Shown piece by piece: positions 18,517 through 29,270 of a stretch of 64,000 nt of DNA. The stretch is from positions 104,268 to 168,267 of IMG/VR virus record IMGVR_UViG_3300032046_005540; one strand, 5' to 3'. This DNA is from a virus. The position numbers and the translations under genes were made by a program. Under the pieces are notes generated by a model. That model saw only the letters and a program-made list of their open reading frames with translations, searched no databases and was not told where the DNA came from. Position 1 is the stretch's first letter, and each line of letters opens with the position of its first letter.

Positions 18517-19020
18517 TTATTTAATAGCCACAACACAAATATTAGTTTGAGAACAATGCCGACTATAAGGGGGTTTATTAATTTGTTTTATATTTTTAAA
18601 TCCCGCTTCTGTCATAAACATAGAAAGATATTCAAAATCAAATGCTATGTATTTACGCATTCCTTCTTCATCCTTTCCAAAGAACCCCTGAACTAATCTT
18701 CCCATTGGAAGTATTCCATCAATAACTGGAATTTTTCCAGCAAGATATTGTTGCATAATAGGAACCATATTATCTACTTCTATAATAATTTGACTTCCAG
18801 GTTTTAAAACACGATACCAATTTTTTAAAGCAATTGACACATTACTTCTTGAAAAAGTATGTAAACAATGAGATGCATAAATAAAATCCACAGAATTATT
18901 TTCAAAAGATTTCAAATAAATAATATCTTCAATCTGAACACCTTCAAAAGGGACAAGGTCAATGTTTATAAACCCAGGAAGAATTGTTTTATGACAACCA
19001 AGATTTAGTTTTATTTCCAT
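18517..19020 (-). CDS. Short SAM methyltransferase
   Basis: KLNLGC; FINIDL; VDFIYASHCLH; WYRVLKPG. Confidence 0.85.
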   Translation of the reverse strand: MEIKLNLGCHKTILPGFINIDLVPFEGVQIEDIIYLKSFENNSVDFIYASHCLHTFSRSNVSIALKNWYRVLKPGSQIIIEVDNMVPIMQQYLAGKIPVIDGILPMGRLVQGFFGKDEEGMRKYIAFDFEYLSMFMTEAGFKNIKQINKPPYSRHCSQTNICVVAIK

Positions 19021-19032
19021 TCTTTTTTTTCT

Positions 19033-19617
19033 TTAAATATTAATTTCAATCAAAAAAGCACGTTTTCCAGTTGGAATATCTATTTTCTTTGCTATTATAC
19101 GTTTAATTTTATAAGGCTTATTAATAAATTCAAAATCTTTTTCTAAGAAAAAGTGTTTATGATCTGGGCTCCAAAAACTGCCCAAAACTAGAGTAGTTAA
19201 AACAACTTTATGTTTAGCTAATTTTATCATATTAAAAATAGCCTTTTTATAATCCACAATATGTTCAACAACCTCAAGGGCAACCACAACATCATACGAT
19301 TTTGATAAATTAACATTAAGTATATCTTGAAGATAAAAAGTATAATCATAATTTTTCTCTTTACAAACTTCCTTCATTGTTACTAAATCATCTTCTTTAA
19401 TATCCAACATTTCAACTTTTTTCCCTCGACTTAATAAATATAAAGAAAAATCTCAAAGTCCTGGGCCAACCTCTAAAAAAGTATCAAATGGATTTATAAT
19501 TTCAAGAACTCTTTGATGTAATTCACTTAAAGGGGCTTGTCCATATTCATCCCACCCTTCTTCAAAAGGTTTTTCTAACATTGCATATAAACAATCTTTA
19601 GTAGAATATTTTATCAT
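19033..19617 (-). pseudogene. SAM methyltransferase interrupted by an in-frame TGA at 19453-19455
   Basis: Manual translation from ATG 19617 (ATGA-coupled to the upstream GT): ...FLEVGPGL*DFSLYLLSRGKKVEMLDI... in frame with ORF 19033..19410 (YDVVVALEVVEH). Confidence 0.8.
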
Positions 19618-20672
19618 TTTATAATCTTTTCTAAAATAGTAAGAATTTGTTGAGCTACTACATTAGGGGCAGCATTATTTTTTATCCATTCGTGTCCTTC
19701 TGTAGCAAAGGCTACCGCCTCTTCGTAGTTACTATAAATCCACTTTATCTTATCCCCCATTGCTTGCCAATATCCTGGTTCTATATAATATGAATATGAT
19801 CCTTCAGTAACTCTTTGAACAGGATAATCAAATATAATTGAAGGTTTCTTACAATATAATGCTTCTGTCGAAGGAGTACCAGCAGCAGTGTCCCACATTT
19901 GAGTAAAAATATGAAGTTTACATTTCTTCATCAATTCTGCTTTTTTCTTATCCTGAATATATCCTAAAAACTCCACATCTGCTCCTAAATCTTTTGTAAG
20001 TTTTTCTAATTCTCCTCTTAAACCCCCATCAGAAGCAATTACTAACTTCTTACCCGCGTAATGGCAAGCTCTAATTGCAAGATCAACTCTTTTCATAGGA
20101 GCTAATCTACTAACCATAAAAATAAAATTTTCTGTTTCTTGCCCAGGAATTAAATCAAAAAGTTCTATATCCGTTGGATAAAAATTACAAAAACAATCCT
20201 TTCTTCCAATTAATTTTTTAACCTGTTCTGGAATAACTGGATTTATTCCAGTTAAATAATTAATTTTTTTATAAGCTTCTAAAAAAGGTCTTTGAATTAT
20301 ACAAAGGCGTTGATATTCTTGAGGAGAAATATATTCTAAATTTGAGCCTTCAGCAATATCAAGAATTTGTTGTAAAGCAGGAATTTTATATCTTTCTTGG
20401 TATTTAAAAGTTTCTATAGAACTTCCTTGCTGAGTTCCAAAAATTACATTAAACTTTTCGCTTTGCCAAATATTTTCAAATTCACTCCAAGTATAAAAAC
20501 GAATATTATTTTTAGTAAATTCATCATCATTAGTTCTATCCGAAACAGCATTGCTATACTGCGGATTAATGAAAACAACATTATGCCCTTGTTTTGAAAA
20601 ATAAATTGAATACTTGTTTAACTGTACAATATTCCCTGATGAAATTACTAATATTTTCATTTTATTTTCCAT
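19614..20672 (-). CDS. GT4-like glycosyltransferase
   Basis: VSRLAPMKRVD; FLGYI; EALYCKKP. Confidence 0.85.
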   Translation of the reverse strand: MENKMKILVISSGNIVQLNKYSIYFSKQGHNVVFINPQYSNAVSDRTNDDEFTKNNIRFYTWSEFENIWQSEKFNVIFGTQQGSSIETFKYQERYKIPALQQILDIAEGSNLEYISPQEYQRLCIIQRPFLEAYKKINYLTGINPVIPEQVKKLIGRKDCFCNFYPTDIELFDLIPGQETENFIFMVSRLAPMKRVDLAIRACHYAGKKLVIASDGGLRGELEKLTKDLGADVEFLGYIQDKKKAELMKKCKLHIFTQMWDTAAGTPSTEALYCKKPSIIFDYPVQRVTEGSYSYYIEPGYWQAMGDKIKWIYSNYEEAVAFATEGHEWIKNNAAPNVVAQQILTILEKIIK

Positions 20673-21648
20673 TCAACACCTCTTCATAAACTTTAGAATA
20701 TTGTCTACCAATTGTTTCATATGAAAAATATTTTTCAATCCATTTTCTAGCTCTATTTTCAAGATCATATGAAAAATCATAATCTTTAATAATTTTTATA
20801 AGATCATTTCCAAGAGTTTCCTCAGATGAACTTAATACAGGAATATGTTCCCCAATTTTTCCATCAGAAAGTTCCATACACCTTTTTTCACTAACATAAG
20901 TAACTACAGGAATTCTCATAGCCATTGCCTCAAGACTAGACCTGCCAATATAACCAACAATCTTACTAATCTTAATTCCATGATAATAACAACTTGAAGT
21001 GCTAAGACGCTCCAAAAATTCCTTATGAGAAATTGCTTTAGATGCATTATCCCAACATATTTCTTTTTTTCCTAAAATATGTTTTTCAAATAACTCTCTA
21101 TCTTCTTGGGAAGTTCTAAATGCAAATCCAAAATAAGTCGTAATTTTACCAGTCATTTTTATATAGCTTGGAATCAAAGATTTTGTATCTACAGCATGAG
21201 GAATAAATGTAGAATCTATTCCATCTTTAAATCTTAACATAGGATTTTGAACAACCAATTTCCATCCTTTAGATTTCATAATTGGATTTAATACTTTATG
21301 ATCGTTTCTATATTCTGTTCCAGTCATTGTAACTACAATTGGTTTGTCTAAAGGAATTTCAATTCCTGACCAATCAGAATTTGTAGGAATATTATTCCAC
21401 ACATTAATAATATCAGCACTTCTTATTAAATCCATAACCAAATCATAATTTTCAAGTTTATTAGCAACTGCTCCAGGATGAGAATAACAATGGCATGGAA
21501 TTATAATATCATGAGGAAAATCCCAAGGATGCTTACTAAGAGAGATATGCCTTGTATAGAACTCCTCAGAAACTGAATTTACTGCTTTTGAAACTTGACA
21601 ACCAGATCCCGCATAATCACTTTGACATAAAATTACAACATTTTTCAT
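20662..21648 (-). CDS. GT-B glycosyltransferase
   Basis: FIPHAVDT; GRSSLEAMAMRIPVV; RARKWIEKYFS. Confidence 0.8.
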   Translation of the reverse strand: MKNVVILCQSDYAGSGCQVSKAVNSVSEEFYTRHISLSKHPWDFPHDIIIPCHCYSHPGAVANKLENYDLVMDLIRSADIINVWNNIPTNSDWSGIEIPLDKPIVVTMTGTEYRNDHKVLNPIMKSKGWKLVVQNPMLRFKDGIDSTFIPHAVDTKSLIPSYIKMTGKITTYFGFAFRTSQEDRELFEKHILGKKEICWDNASKAISHKEFLERLSTSSCYYHGIKISKIVGYIGRSSLEAMAMRIPVVTYVSEKRCMELSDGKIGEHIPVLSSSEETLGNDLIKIIKDYDFSYDLENRARKWIEKYFSYETIGRQYSKVYEEVLNGK

Positions 21649-22577
21649 TTCACCAATTCCTCTAAAATACCTTTAGCTATATTAAAATTTATTTTTAATA
21701 CTTTTTGAGAAACATTATAACTTGCCTCACAAAGATCAGTATAAAGATCTGGAGAACTCAAAATTAAATCTATTCTCTTTTTTATTTCAACAGAATTATT
21801 TGGATTTTTAACTTTACATATTTCACTTAACATATACTCATAAGAATACCAATATACAGAAGGACTAACAATTACTGGTATTTTAAGTAACCCCAATTCT
21901 AATACAAAATAGCAAAAGCTTTCTGATAAAGATACTTGAAGACCTAATTTCATTCCTCGAAGTATATTATAATATTTTTCATTAGATACCCAATCAGACC
22001 AAATCCAATCTTGTTTAAAAAGAGATTTACTTAATTCAAACAATTCTGGTTTAGAACCAAAAGTATATAACCCTTCATCTTTATATTTTGAAGTTGCTAC
22101 CGCTAAAGCCTGATTATAAAAATTTTTGTTTCCTCTATTTATTCCTCCACAGCATATTCCTCTTCTACTTTCAAATTGAGGTTCAGGTAATTTTTTATTA
22201 AACAATGGGGGAAGCCATTTAATTTTATCTCCCCAAATAGAACTTAAAGCATCTGCATCTGGTTTATGAAGTAAAAACAAATAATCTAAAATACCTTTGT
22301 TTACTTCTTGGATTTTTCCATTCAACAAATTCAATTCATTTGAAAATTCACACTGAAGAATTGGCGAGCAAAAAAGGAAACTTGTTTTATAATTAAAATC
22401 TTCTTTTCTTAAAGGGCTATAACCGAAACCGATAACTAATTTTGTATCAGGAGTTGGATTAAAGGTTTCAAATGTTTGAAGTTCAACTTCTGGAATTAAA
22501 CTCAACCCCTCAAAACACGAAAAAGCTCCCCCAAAACCAAGACATTGTTTTGGTATAACTGCAATAATTTTAGGCAT
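21645..22577 (-). CDS. Divergent GT-B glycosyltransferase
   Basis: NKN; LQVSLSESFCYFVLE...IPVIVSP (Ex7E motif). Confidence 0.75.
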   Translation of the reverse strand: MPKIIAVIPKQCLGFGGAFSCFEGLSLIPEVELQTFETFNPTPDTKLVIGFGYSPLRKEDFNYKTSFLFCSPILQCEFSNELNLLNGKIQEVNKGILDYLFLLHKPDADALSSIWGDKIKWLPPLFNKKLPEPQFESRRGICCGGINRGNKNFYNQALAVATSKYKDEGLYTFGSKPELFELSKSLFKQDWIWSDWVSNEKYYNILRGMKLGLQVSLSESFCYFVLELGLLKIPVIVSPSVYWYSYEYMLSEICKVKNPNNSVEIKKRIDLILSSPDLYTDLCEASYNVSQKVLKINFNIAKGILEELVK

Positions 22578-23351
22578 CTATTTTCCTATATAAGGTTTTA
22601 AATATTGAACAATTCTTTCTGTATTATTTAAAATATCGTTTTCCCAAAATCTTAATAAAATAAAATTACTTTCTTTTGCTATTTGCTTATGTTTCTCTTC
22701 TCTTTGTTTATTTTTTATTTGAACAAAATTTAATTTTTCAAATTTTTTAGGATTCCCATGCCAATAGTCTCCATCAACTTCAATGAGAATGTTAGTATTT
22801 GAAAGATGAAAGTCAAAAAGATGATTTCCTAATCGAAATTGATGTTCAAAAGGAATACCTAAAGAATTTAATATTTCTTTCATTTTTAATTCAGGTTTAG
22901 TATCTTTATAAGGGCCTTTATAATTTTTCATTTTAAATAAAACTGATTCTCGCATTTTTTGTTTTGCCTCTTCAGAATTAATAAAACCCAAAGTTTCTTT
23001 TCTTTTTAAACGAGCTTTACTTAACTTTTGTTTTGTTTCATCAGAACGAAGTTTACTATATTTAGCTACTCTTTCATCTGTTTCTTTTGTTAGATCTTTA
23101 TTCCAAGCCTGCTTACCATACATAGGATTATTTTTACCAGATTGATTTCTTCCATACATAGGATTCTTATCACCTTTATTAGCACAACTATAACATCTAA
23201 TAGATTTTCTATCAATTTCTTTCCCGCAATCAATACAATATAAAGGATATTTTCCAGACCAAAGAGGATTTAATTCTCCTTTTTTTGCACAAGAAGAACA
23301 ACGTTTTCCAAATCCTTTAATTTCTTTTTCACAATCTATACACTTATTCAT
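22578..23351 (-). mobile_element. Free-standing homing-endonuclease-like gene (Zn ribbons, NUMOD3-like repeats, DUF559/Vsr-like domain)
   Basis: CIDC twice; NPMYG repeats; TKPELKM...FDF...IEVDGDYWH...LRFWE. Confidence 0.8.
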
Positions 23352-24280
23352 TATAATACCTTCTCAATTTCCTTTAAATATTCCCGAACTCTAATATTAA
23401 TTGTATGGTCTTCTAAAACTCTCTGTTGACCACTTCTTGCTATTTGTTCTCTTTCATCTTCATGCTCCAAGTAGTAATCAATCTTATCATATAAATCTTT
23501 TTCACCATCAAATACTACTAAATGTTTTCCATTATCAAATAATTGATTTAAATCTATAATATTTTGAGTTAAACAAAACGATCCACAGCCTAAAATCTTA
23601 TATATACGATCAGACATTTGAAGAGAACAAGGATTTAGCACTGTAATAAAATTCAAAGCAATTTTTGAATTCCTATATATATTTGCAATTTCTTTAGTTT
23701 CCACAGCAATACTTGGAACATTAAATCCTCTTCCAACAACTTTTATTTTATATTTTTCATACAACTTAGGAATACACTCATTCCGATCTGGAGAAATACC
23801 CCCGTTATTATTTCCGATAAAACATATATTATATATTTCACATTTTGGATCCAATCTTTCAATATTTGGTTTATAATAAGTTTGATCATAATATTGAGGT
23901 CCCCAAACAACTTTTTTAGCAAAACCTTCAAGTTGAGGAACAATTCCTTTTACTGCAACTAAAATTAAATCAAACTTTCCTTTTACCTGTTTAAAAAACT
24001 CAGTATCTGGAGAAAAGGTAGGCCCATACGCATCTGGATACCATAAAACTAATTTATGTCCTAATTGTTTTAAAGGCAATAAATGTTGAGGAGAAGCAGT
24101 TCGTCCACCACATTGTAAAACGAAATTAGGTTTATATTGTTCTACACTTTTAACAATTTCAGAAGAAGGAGCACCGACTGGGAAAGTAAAAACTTCATGT
24201 CCTTCTTCTCTAAAAACTCTCGCCATAAGCAAACCATTCTGATTTGTCGAGTGTAAAGGAGCTAAAATAAATATTTTCAT
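23351..24280 (-). CDS. CgeB-like glycosyltransferase, paralogue of 11116..12105
   Basis: Shares QYYDQTYYKPxIERLD, ICFIGN, SDRI, YYLEH. Confidence 0.85.
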   Translation of the reverse strand: MKIFILAPLHSTNQNGLLMARVFREEGHEVFTFPVGAPSSEIVKSVEQYKPNFVLQCGGRTASPQHLLPLKQLGHKLVLWYPDAYGPTFSPDTEFFKQVKGKFDLILVAVKGIVPQLEGFAKKVVWGPQYYDQTYYKPNIERLDPKCEIYNICFIGNNNGGISPDRNECIPKLYEKYKIKVVGRGFNVPSIAVETKEIANIYRNSKIALNFITVLNPCSLQMSDRIYKILGCGSFCLTQNIIDLNQLFDNGKHLVVFDGEKDLYDKIDYYLEHEDEREQIARSGQQRVLEDHTINIRVREYLKEIEKVL

Positions 24281-24288
24281 TTTAATCC

Positions 24289-24807
24289 TCAATAAGGATA
24301 AATTTTCGAAATCTTTTTTGCTTGAACACCTAAATCATAAAAATATGCATTAGATCTTGGATCTCTTCCACCAATTTCAAAACCAGCACTTTCAACCAGG
24401 TCATCTAATCTTTTTCTGTCAAATGTTAATCGATGAACATTCTCTCCATACTCTTGATTTCCAAATAGTAATCTACTAAATTCTGCACAAGGTATTTTAC
24501 CTTCTATATAATCTTTAGCAATTTTTTCAGCATCAGGACAATAAATTCTCAATACCCCTTCTGATTTCAAAATTCTATACCACTCTGCTAATGTTTTTAT
24601 TATTTTATTTGGATGAATATGCTCTATTGTATGAGATATTCTAATTTCATCTACTGAGTCATCTTTAAACATTGGTAAGTCTGTAATATCATGTATAATA
24701 TCAACTCCCGGAAGATTCCTTATATCAATATTAGTAAAACCTATTAATATAGGAGATCCAGGACCTCCTTCATACTTTTCTGCTCCTCCTAAATTTAATT
24801 TCAACAT
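24289..24807 (-). CDS. Short SAM methyltransferase, related to 18517..19020
   Basis: KLNLGG; VDEIRISHTIEH; EWYRILK; CPD. Confidence 0.85.
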   Translation of the reverse strand: MLKLNLGGAEKYEGGPGSPILIGFTNIDIRNLPGVDIIHDITDLPMFKDDSVDEIRISHTIEHIHPNKIIKTLAEWYRILKSEGVLRIYCPDAEKIAKDYIEGKIPCAEFSRLLFGNQEYGENVHRLTFDRKRLDDLVESAGFEIGGRDPRSNAYFYDLGVQAKKISKIYPY

Positions 24808-25505
24808 ATTTTTCCCAAAACTTCAATTTCTTTTAAATCTTTTATAACAATCAATTTTAAATCTTTATATCCATATTCATTTAACAATTTTCTTCTTTTT
24901 GTATAATACTGTTTATCAGTTAATTTAAAATCAAATGAATGAAATTCAACTACAATTTTATCATTTATTAAAAAATCAAACCTATTTAAAAAATTATGTT
25001 TAACTTTAAAACCTAATTCTTTTAGTTTTATATAACAATCTTTTTCTGATAAAGAAGGGAAAAATTCATTGTCATAATAACATTTCTTACCATGACTATT
25101 TCTTAATGAGCGTTGGATAGCTTCTGGAGTACTATATATAAAATTTTCTCTTTTTTTCAATGTATCACTAATTTTCTTTTTTGTTTTTTCAGAATGGGGA
25201 ATATCTTTATTCCAAGAAGATATGCCTATATGAGATTTGCTCATATTTCTTTTCCATTCTTTAGAAAAAGGAGGACGTTTTTTACCTTTTCTTGACTTAC
25301 TTATTTTTTCTCTAACTTCTGGTCTTTTTGCCGGATTATTTTCACCAACAAGTTTTCCTTTATTCTTTTTACTTATTTTCATTTTTGTTTTATTAGAATG
25401 ATGTTCCCCATAAAAAGGATTTCTTACACCTTTGTGAGAACAAACAGCACATCTCTTAGCTAATCTACTAATTTCTTTTTCACAATCAATACAATAATTT
25501 TTCAT
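24801..25505 (-). mobile_element. Free-standing NUMOD3-containing putative endonuclease, second class
   Basis: CIDC...CAVC; NPFYGEHHSNKTKMKIS; C-terminal FPSLSE...RFDFL...VVEFH shared with 55644..56204. Confidence 0.7.
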
Positions 25506-25506
25506 A

Positions 25507-26448
25507 TTATATTTTTTCTAAAAGCTTTACAACTTTATTATTATTATTTTCCATCACTGAAACTGCTATATTCTTTGATAAGATACACAAATCTTTATAC
25601 AAAATAGAATCAAAATAAATTTTTTTGATCTTCTCTCCTATTAAAATAGGGTTATCAAGATTTTCAATAAAACAAAACTTTTTTAAAGTAGAATCTTCAA
25701 CATACCAAGATATACTAGGACTAACAACTGAAGGAATACTCAACATTGCAAGTTCCCAAGTCGAATAATTAAAACTTTCGCTAAACGAAATCTGTATTCC
25801 CAATCTTACAGTATTCATTAAATCTAAAAGTTGTTGCCTTTGTAATCTTGGGTATAACGTAATATTCTTCATATCAAATAAATTTGCAAAAAATTGGCAC
25901 ATTTGAACTTTTTCTTGTCCTGTTATAACAAAAGGATCTTCAACGCTTGAATATTTTATTGCTCCAAACATTGTTGCTAAATTTTTATGTTTATCTGAAG
26001 TCCCAAAAAAACAAATACTTTTCCTATCTTCTACATTAAAACTATTTTTTGGTTGCAAATCCCATTGTAAAGCAGGAGGTAAATAAATAATTTTTTCATT
26101 TTTAAAAAGATAAGTTAGCCTTTCTGAAAGTAAAAATATATAATCAATATCTCCACTTTTTAACATATTCTTATATCTTAACAAAGCATCCAAATCCCCA
26201 TTCAAACTTGAAGGAACCACATGAGCCTGAGCTAAAGGAGAACAAAAAAGAACTCCTATTTTCCTTCCTTTCTTCCTTAATCTCAATAAATCAATTTCTC
26301 CAATACCACAAGAAATAATCAAATCTCCATCTTGATCTTGGAGTTGTTCCCAAGGAATATGTTTAGTTTTCCCAGTAACTTCTAAATGTTTTAAGGCCCA
26401 ATAAGCACCAGTATCTTGCCATGCTTGAGGGCAGGTTGTAATTATCAT
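25507..26448 (-). CDS. Divergent GT-B glycosyltransferase, paralogue of 21645..22577
   Basis: LFCSP; LPP; HKN; QISFSESFNYSTWEL; IPSVVSPSISWY. Confidence 0.75.
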   Translation of the reverse strand: MIITTCPQAWQDTGAYWALKHLEVTGKTKHIPWEQLQDQDGDLIISCGIGEIDLLRLRKKGRKIGVLFCSPLAQAHVVPSSLNGDLDALLRYKNMLKSGDIDYIFLLSERLTYLFKNEKIIYLPPALQWDLQPKNSFNVEDRKSICFFGTSDKHKNLATMFGAIKYSSVEDPFVITGQEKVQMCQFFANLFDMKNITLYPRLQRQQLLDLMNTVRLGIQISFSESFNYSTWELAMLSIPSVVSPSISWYVEDSTLKKFCFIENLDNPILIGEKIKKIYFDSILYKDLCILSKNIAVSVMENNNNKVVKLLEKI

Positions 26449-26462
26449 ATTTTTTTACTATT

Positions 26463-26642
26463 TTAACTGCTCAAAGCAATTAGTTCACAAAGTTCGTCTA
26501 TGTTTTCTCTTATTTTTCTAATTTCTTCTTTAATCAATCCCCTTATATCTGGTTCTTTATAGGGTAATCCTTCTGTATACAACTCAATTTCTTGAATATT
26601 AAGTTGCAATTTTGTTATTAACATCCCAAATTTAGATATCAT
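26463..26642 (-). CDS. Small hypothetical protein (59 aa)
   Basis: Manual ORF MISKFGMLITKLQLNIQEIELY... after AAGGAG. Confidence 0.5.
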   Translation of the reverse strand: MISKFGMLITKLQLNIQEIELYTEGLPYKEPDIRGLIKEEIRKIRENIDELCELIALSS

Positions 26643-26979
26643 TATTATCTCCTTTTGGTCCTTTATAATATGTCCCTATCTTTTTTCTATATGCTTTTAC
26701 TCTCCTATATAAAACTTTTGAAAGTTCTTCTGCCTGTTCAGCATTTAACAAAATTTCATCGAAACTAAGTTCAGGTGTTTTCCATCCTTTAATATATTGC
26801 CAACATCTTTTTACCCTTTGCCACAAATTAGCAGGATCACTATATTGAATTTCAAAATAAAATACATCATCATTTTCATAAAATTTTTTATCTACACGAA
26901 CAACCATTTTATCTTCACATCCGGCACACGAACAGTATAATTCAAGTAGATCATCATAATAAGGTTTTATGGTTTTCAT
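26632..26979 (-). CDS. Hypothetical protein
   Basis: ORF track; GGAG RBS. Confidence 0.65.
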   Translation of the reverse strand: MKTIKPYYDDLLELYCSCAGCEDKMVVRVDKKFYENDDVFYFEIQYSDPANLWQRVKRCWQYIKGWKTPELSFDEILLNAEQAEELSKVLYRRVKAYRKKIGTYYKGPKGDNNDI

Positions 26980-26992
26980 AAAGTCTCCTAAT

Positions 26993-27937
26993 TCAATTTA
27001 TAACTTTTTCAAAAATTTGTTTCCATTTATAAATAAATCGTTCAGGGGGAAATACTTCTTTAACAAGTTGTTTTCCTCTTTGCCCAATTTTTTTTGCTCT
27101 CTCTGGATTTTCTAGTAACTCAATTATCTTTTTTCTTAAATCAGTAGCATTATTTGAAGTTAAAGCATTTATTCCATCTTTTAACAACAAATGCATTTCG
27201 CAACAATCTGTTGAAACTACGGGTGCACCAACTGCCATTGCCTCTAGCAAACTCATAGGAATGGGGGAGGCTGTGGCGGAATTAAAGTAAGCCCCAGCTT
27301 TTACTAATAGCTTTTTTATTTCATCATTGGGCATTAATCCTTTACAAGCCTCCCCTATATTTTCATTACTATAACCATAAACTCTAACATCTTTTAATCC
27401 CCAAGTTGAATTAACCCAAAGTAAATAACCACAACACCAATCTCTGTTTGGAAATTCGTTGCAAACAGTTATTATTGACTTTTCTCCTCCTTCATAATTT
27501 GGAAATTCATTTACATCTATTGCATGATAAATTACAGAATTTTTATCATCCTCTTTCATTCCCCAAGCTTGCATACTTGATTTTGTTATAAAAATAGTAT
27601 GATCAATAAATTTCTCTCTGTTTTCTTTCCAAGTATTCACATTCCAATCGTTATATGGCCAAGTATGCTCTGTAAAAACTCTTGGAATTAATTGAAAACC
27701 TTCCTCATAAGAAGAAATAATAGTTGGATGACGATGAATAAGCATTAAATCAAAATCTTTTTGTTTATCTAAAGCTTCTTCTTTAGAAATCTCAAAAACA
27801 TTATTGGGTTTTGATACTTGTTCATCCCAACAAACTTTATTATTCTCATCTATAATATGATAAAATTCAACTTCTAGAATAGAAGCTAAATTCTTCTGAT
27901 ATGTAGAATGGGCGAAATGGGATAAAATTTTTAACAT
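26993..27937 (-). CDS. GT4-like glycosyltransferase
   Basis: IYHAID; SPIPMSLLEAMAVGAPVVST; KKIGQRG. Confidence 0.85.
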   Translation of the reverse strand: MLKILSHFAHSTYQKNLASILEVEFYHIIDENNKVCWDEQVSKPNNVFEISKEEALDKQKDFDLMLIHRHPTIISSYEEGFQLIPRVFTEHTWPYNDWNVNTWKENREKFIDHTIFITKSSMQAWGMKEDDKNSVIYHAIDVNEFPNYEGGEKSIITVCNEFPNRDWCCGYLLWVNSTWGLKDVRVYGYSNENIGEACKGLMPNDEIKKLLVKAGAYFNSATASPIPMSLLEAMAVGAPVVSTDCCEMHLLLKDGINALTSNNATDLRKKIIELLENPERAKKIGQRGKQLVKEVFPPERFIYKWKQIFEKVIN

Positions 27938-27940
27938 TAT

Positions 27941-29095
27941 TTATATATTCTCCAAAAACAAATTTAATCTCTCAGCACTTTCTGTCCAAGTCAATTTTCT
28001 ATCTATAAGTTCTTGTCTTTGCTCCAATGCTTTTTCTTTAGCCATTTCATTCTTTTCAAATGAACGAACCATTACTCTCTCAAACTCTTGCCAGTCAGGA
28101 ATTGTAATTTGTTGTGGCGGCTCGTAGACGTGTTGCCAGAAAAGTTCTCTACGTAATTGTTCCCATTTATAGTTTAAAATAACAGTTTTCTCTGGATTTA
28201 AATATGTATCAGGAGCAGTTCCTCCAGTTGTAATTATAGGTAACCCACTTGCTATTGCTTCTATAATAGGCATTCCAAAAGCTTCTCCTGAACTTGGCAA
28301 AATAAACACATCAGCATTATGATACAATTTACTCATATCTTCTGGTGTTAATGCCCCATGAACTAAATAAACTTTAGGCCCCTCCCCCAAACCTAATCCA
28401 GCGTGATTTCTTACAGCATTTATTTTTTCAATACATTGAATTTTATCAATAGTCCCAGCACCTTTTCCATATACTTTTAAAATTAAACCAACATCTTTAT
28501 TAGTTCTAAATGTTTTAAGAAAAGATAAAATCATTTGAGATATATTTTTACGATCTCCAGGAGTCCATTGACCAATACTTAAAAAATTAAATTTTGTAGA
28601 AATTTCTTCTTTTGGAAGTAAAGGTTGTTTATCTAAAGTATACATATCAAAATCAACTCCAAATGGAATTGTAGTAATAGGAACCTTAACACCACTTTCC
28701 ATAAATGTCTTTACATTAAAAGGTGTAGGAACTATACATCCATCTAAACGATTTAAAATATAAGCCCAAGTTGGAGTAATTTTATCAGTTTCCAGCATAG
28801 TAAATCCAAAATATTTTTTATAATTATGAGGCCATTGAAATTCAATAGGAATAGACATATGAATAAGAATACTTTCTTCAGGAGGGTATTCTTTTCTTCG
28901 TAGGAGATCAAGAATTTCACGATCTTCAGGAGATAATTCAATATCTCCAGCAGTTAACCATTGAAGATTTTGTAAAGCAATATCGTAGGAATCTTTGTAT
29001 TTTTTATAAAAAGCTAAAATCAAACTTCTACTTACTGAACCATACCCTGAAAAATTATCTACAGTGGCTCTAAACACTACTTTCTTTTTATTCAT
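27941..29095 (-). CDS. GT4-like glycosyltransferase
   Basis: SGYG; ETDK; RKN; PSSGEAFGMPIIEAIASGLPII. Confidence 0.9.
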   Translation of the reverse strand: MNKKKVVFRATVDNFSGYGSVSRSLILAFYKKYKDSYDIALQNLQWLTAGDIELSPEDREILDLLRRKEYPPEESILIHMSIPIEFQWPHNYKKYFGFTMLETDKITPTWAYILNRLDGCIVPTPFNVKTFMESGVKVPITTIPFGVDFDMYTLDKQPLLPKEEISTKFNFLSIGQWTPGDRKNISQMILSFLKTFRTNKDVGLILKVYGKGAGTIDKIQCIEKINAVRNHAGLGLGEGPKVYLVHGALTPEDMSKLYHNADVFILPSSGEAFGMPIIEAIASGLPIITTGGTAPDTYLNPEKTVILNYKWEQLRRELFWQHVYEPPQQITIPDWQEFERVMVRSFEKNEMAKEKALEQRQELIDRKLTWTESAERLNLFLENI

Positions 29096-29270
29096 CTATA
29101 CTCTCCTTCTTCTATTTCTTTTCTAAAGACAATGAACATATCTAACTACAATTTTCTTTGGGCTAATTTTTATTAGTCCCTTTTTGTTTAATATTAATGT
29201 ATTTCTAATTTCTATTCTACCCAAATCACGGTCAATTATTATATTAGATCTCATTTTAATTCCTTTCTTT

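Noticed and set aside
19453-19455. Genome-wide TGA-to-Gly recoding (genetic code 25)
   Set aside because: TGA ends many genes here through ATGA overlaps (e.g. 1503, 11116, 13124, 19614, 43824) and ORFs are full length under code 11; only one gene is interrupted
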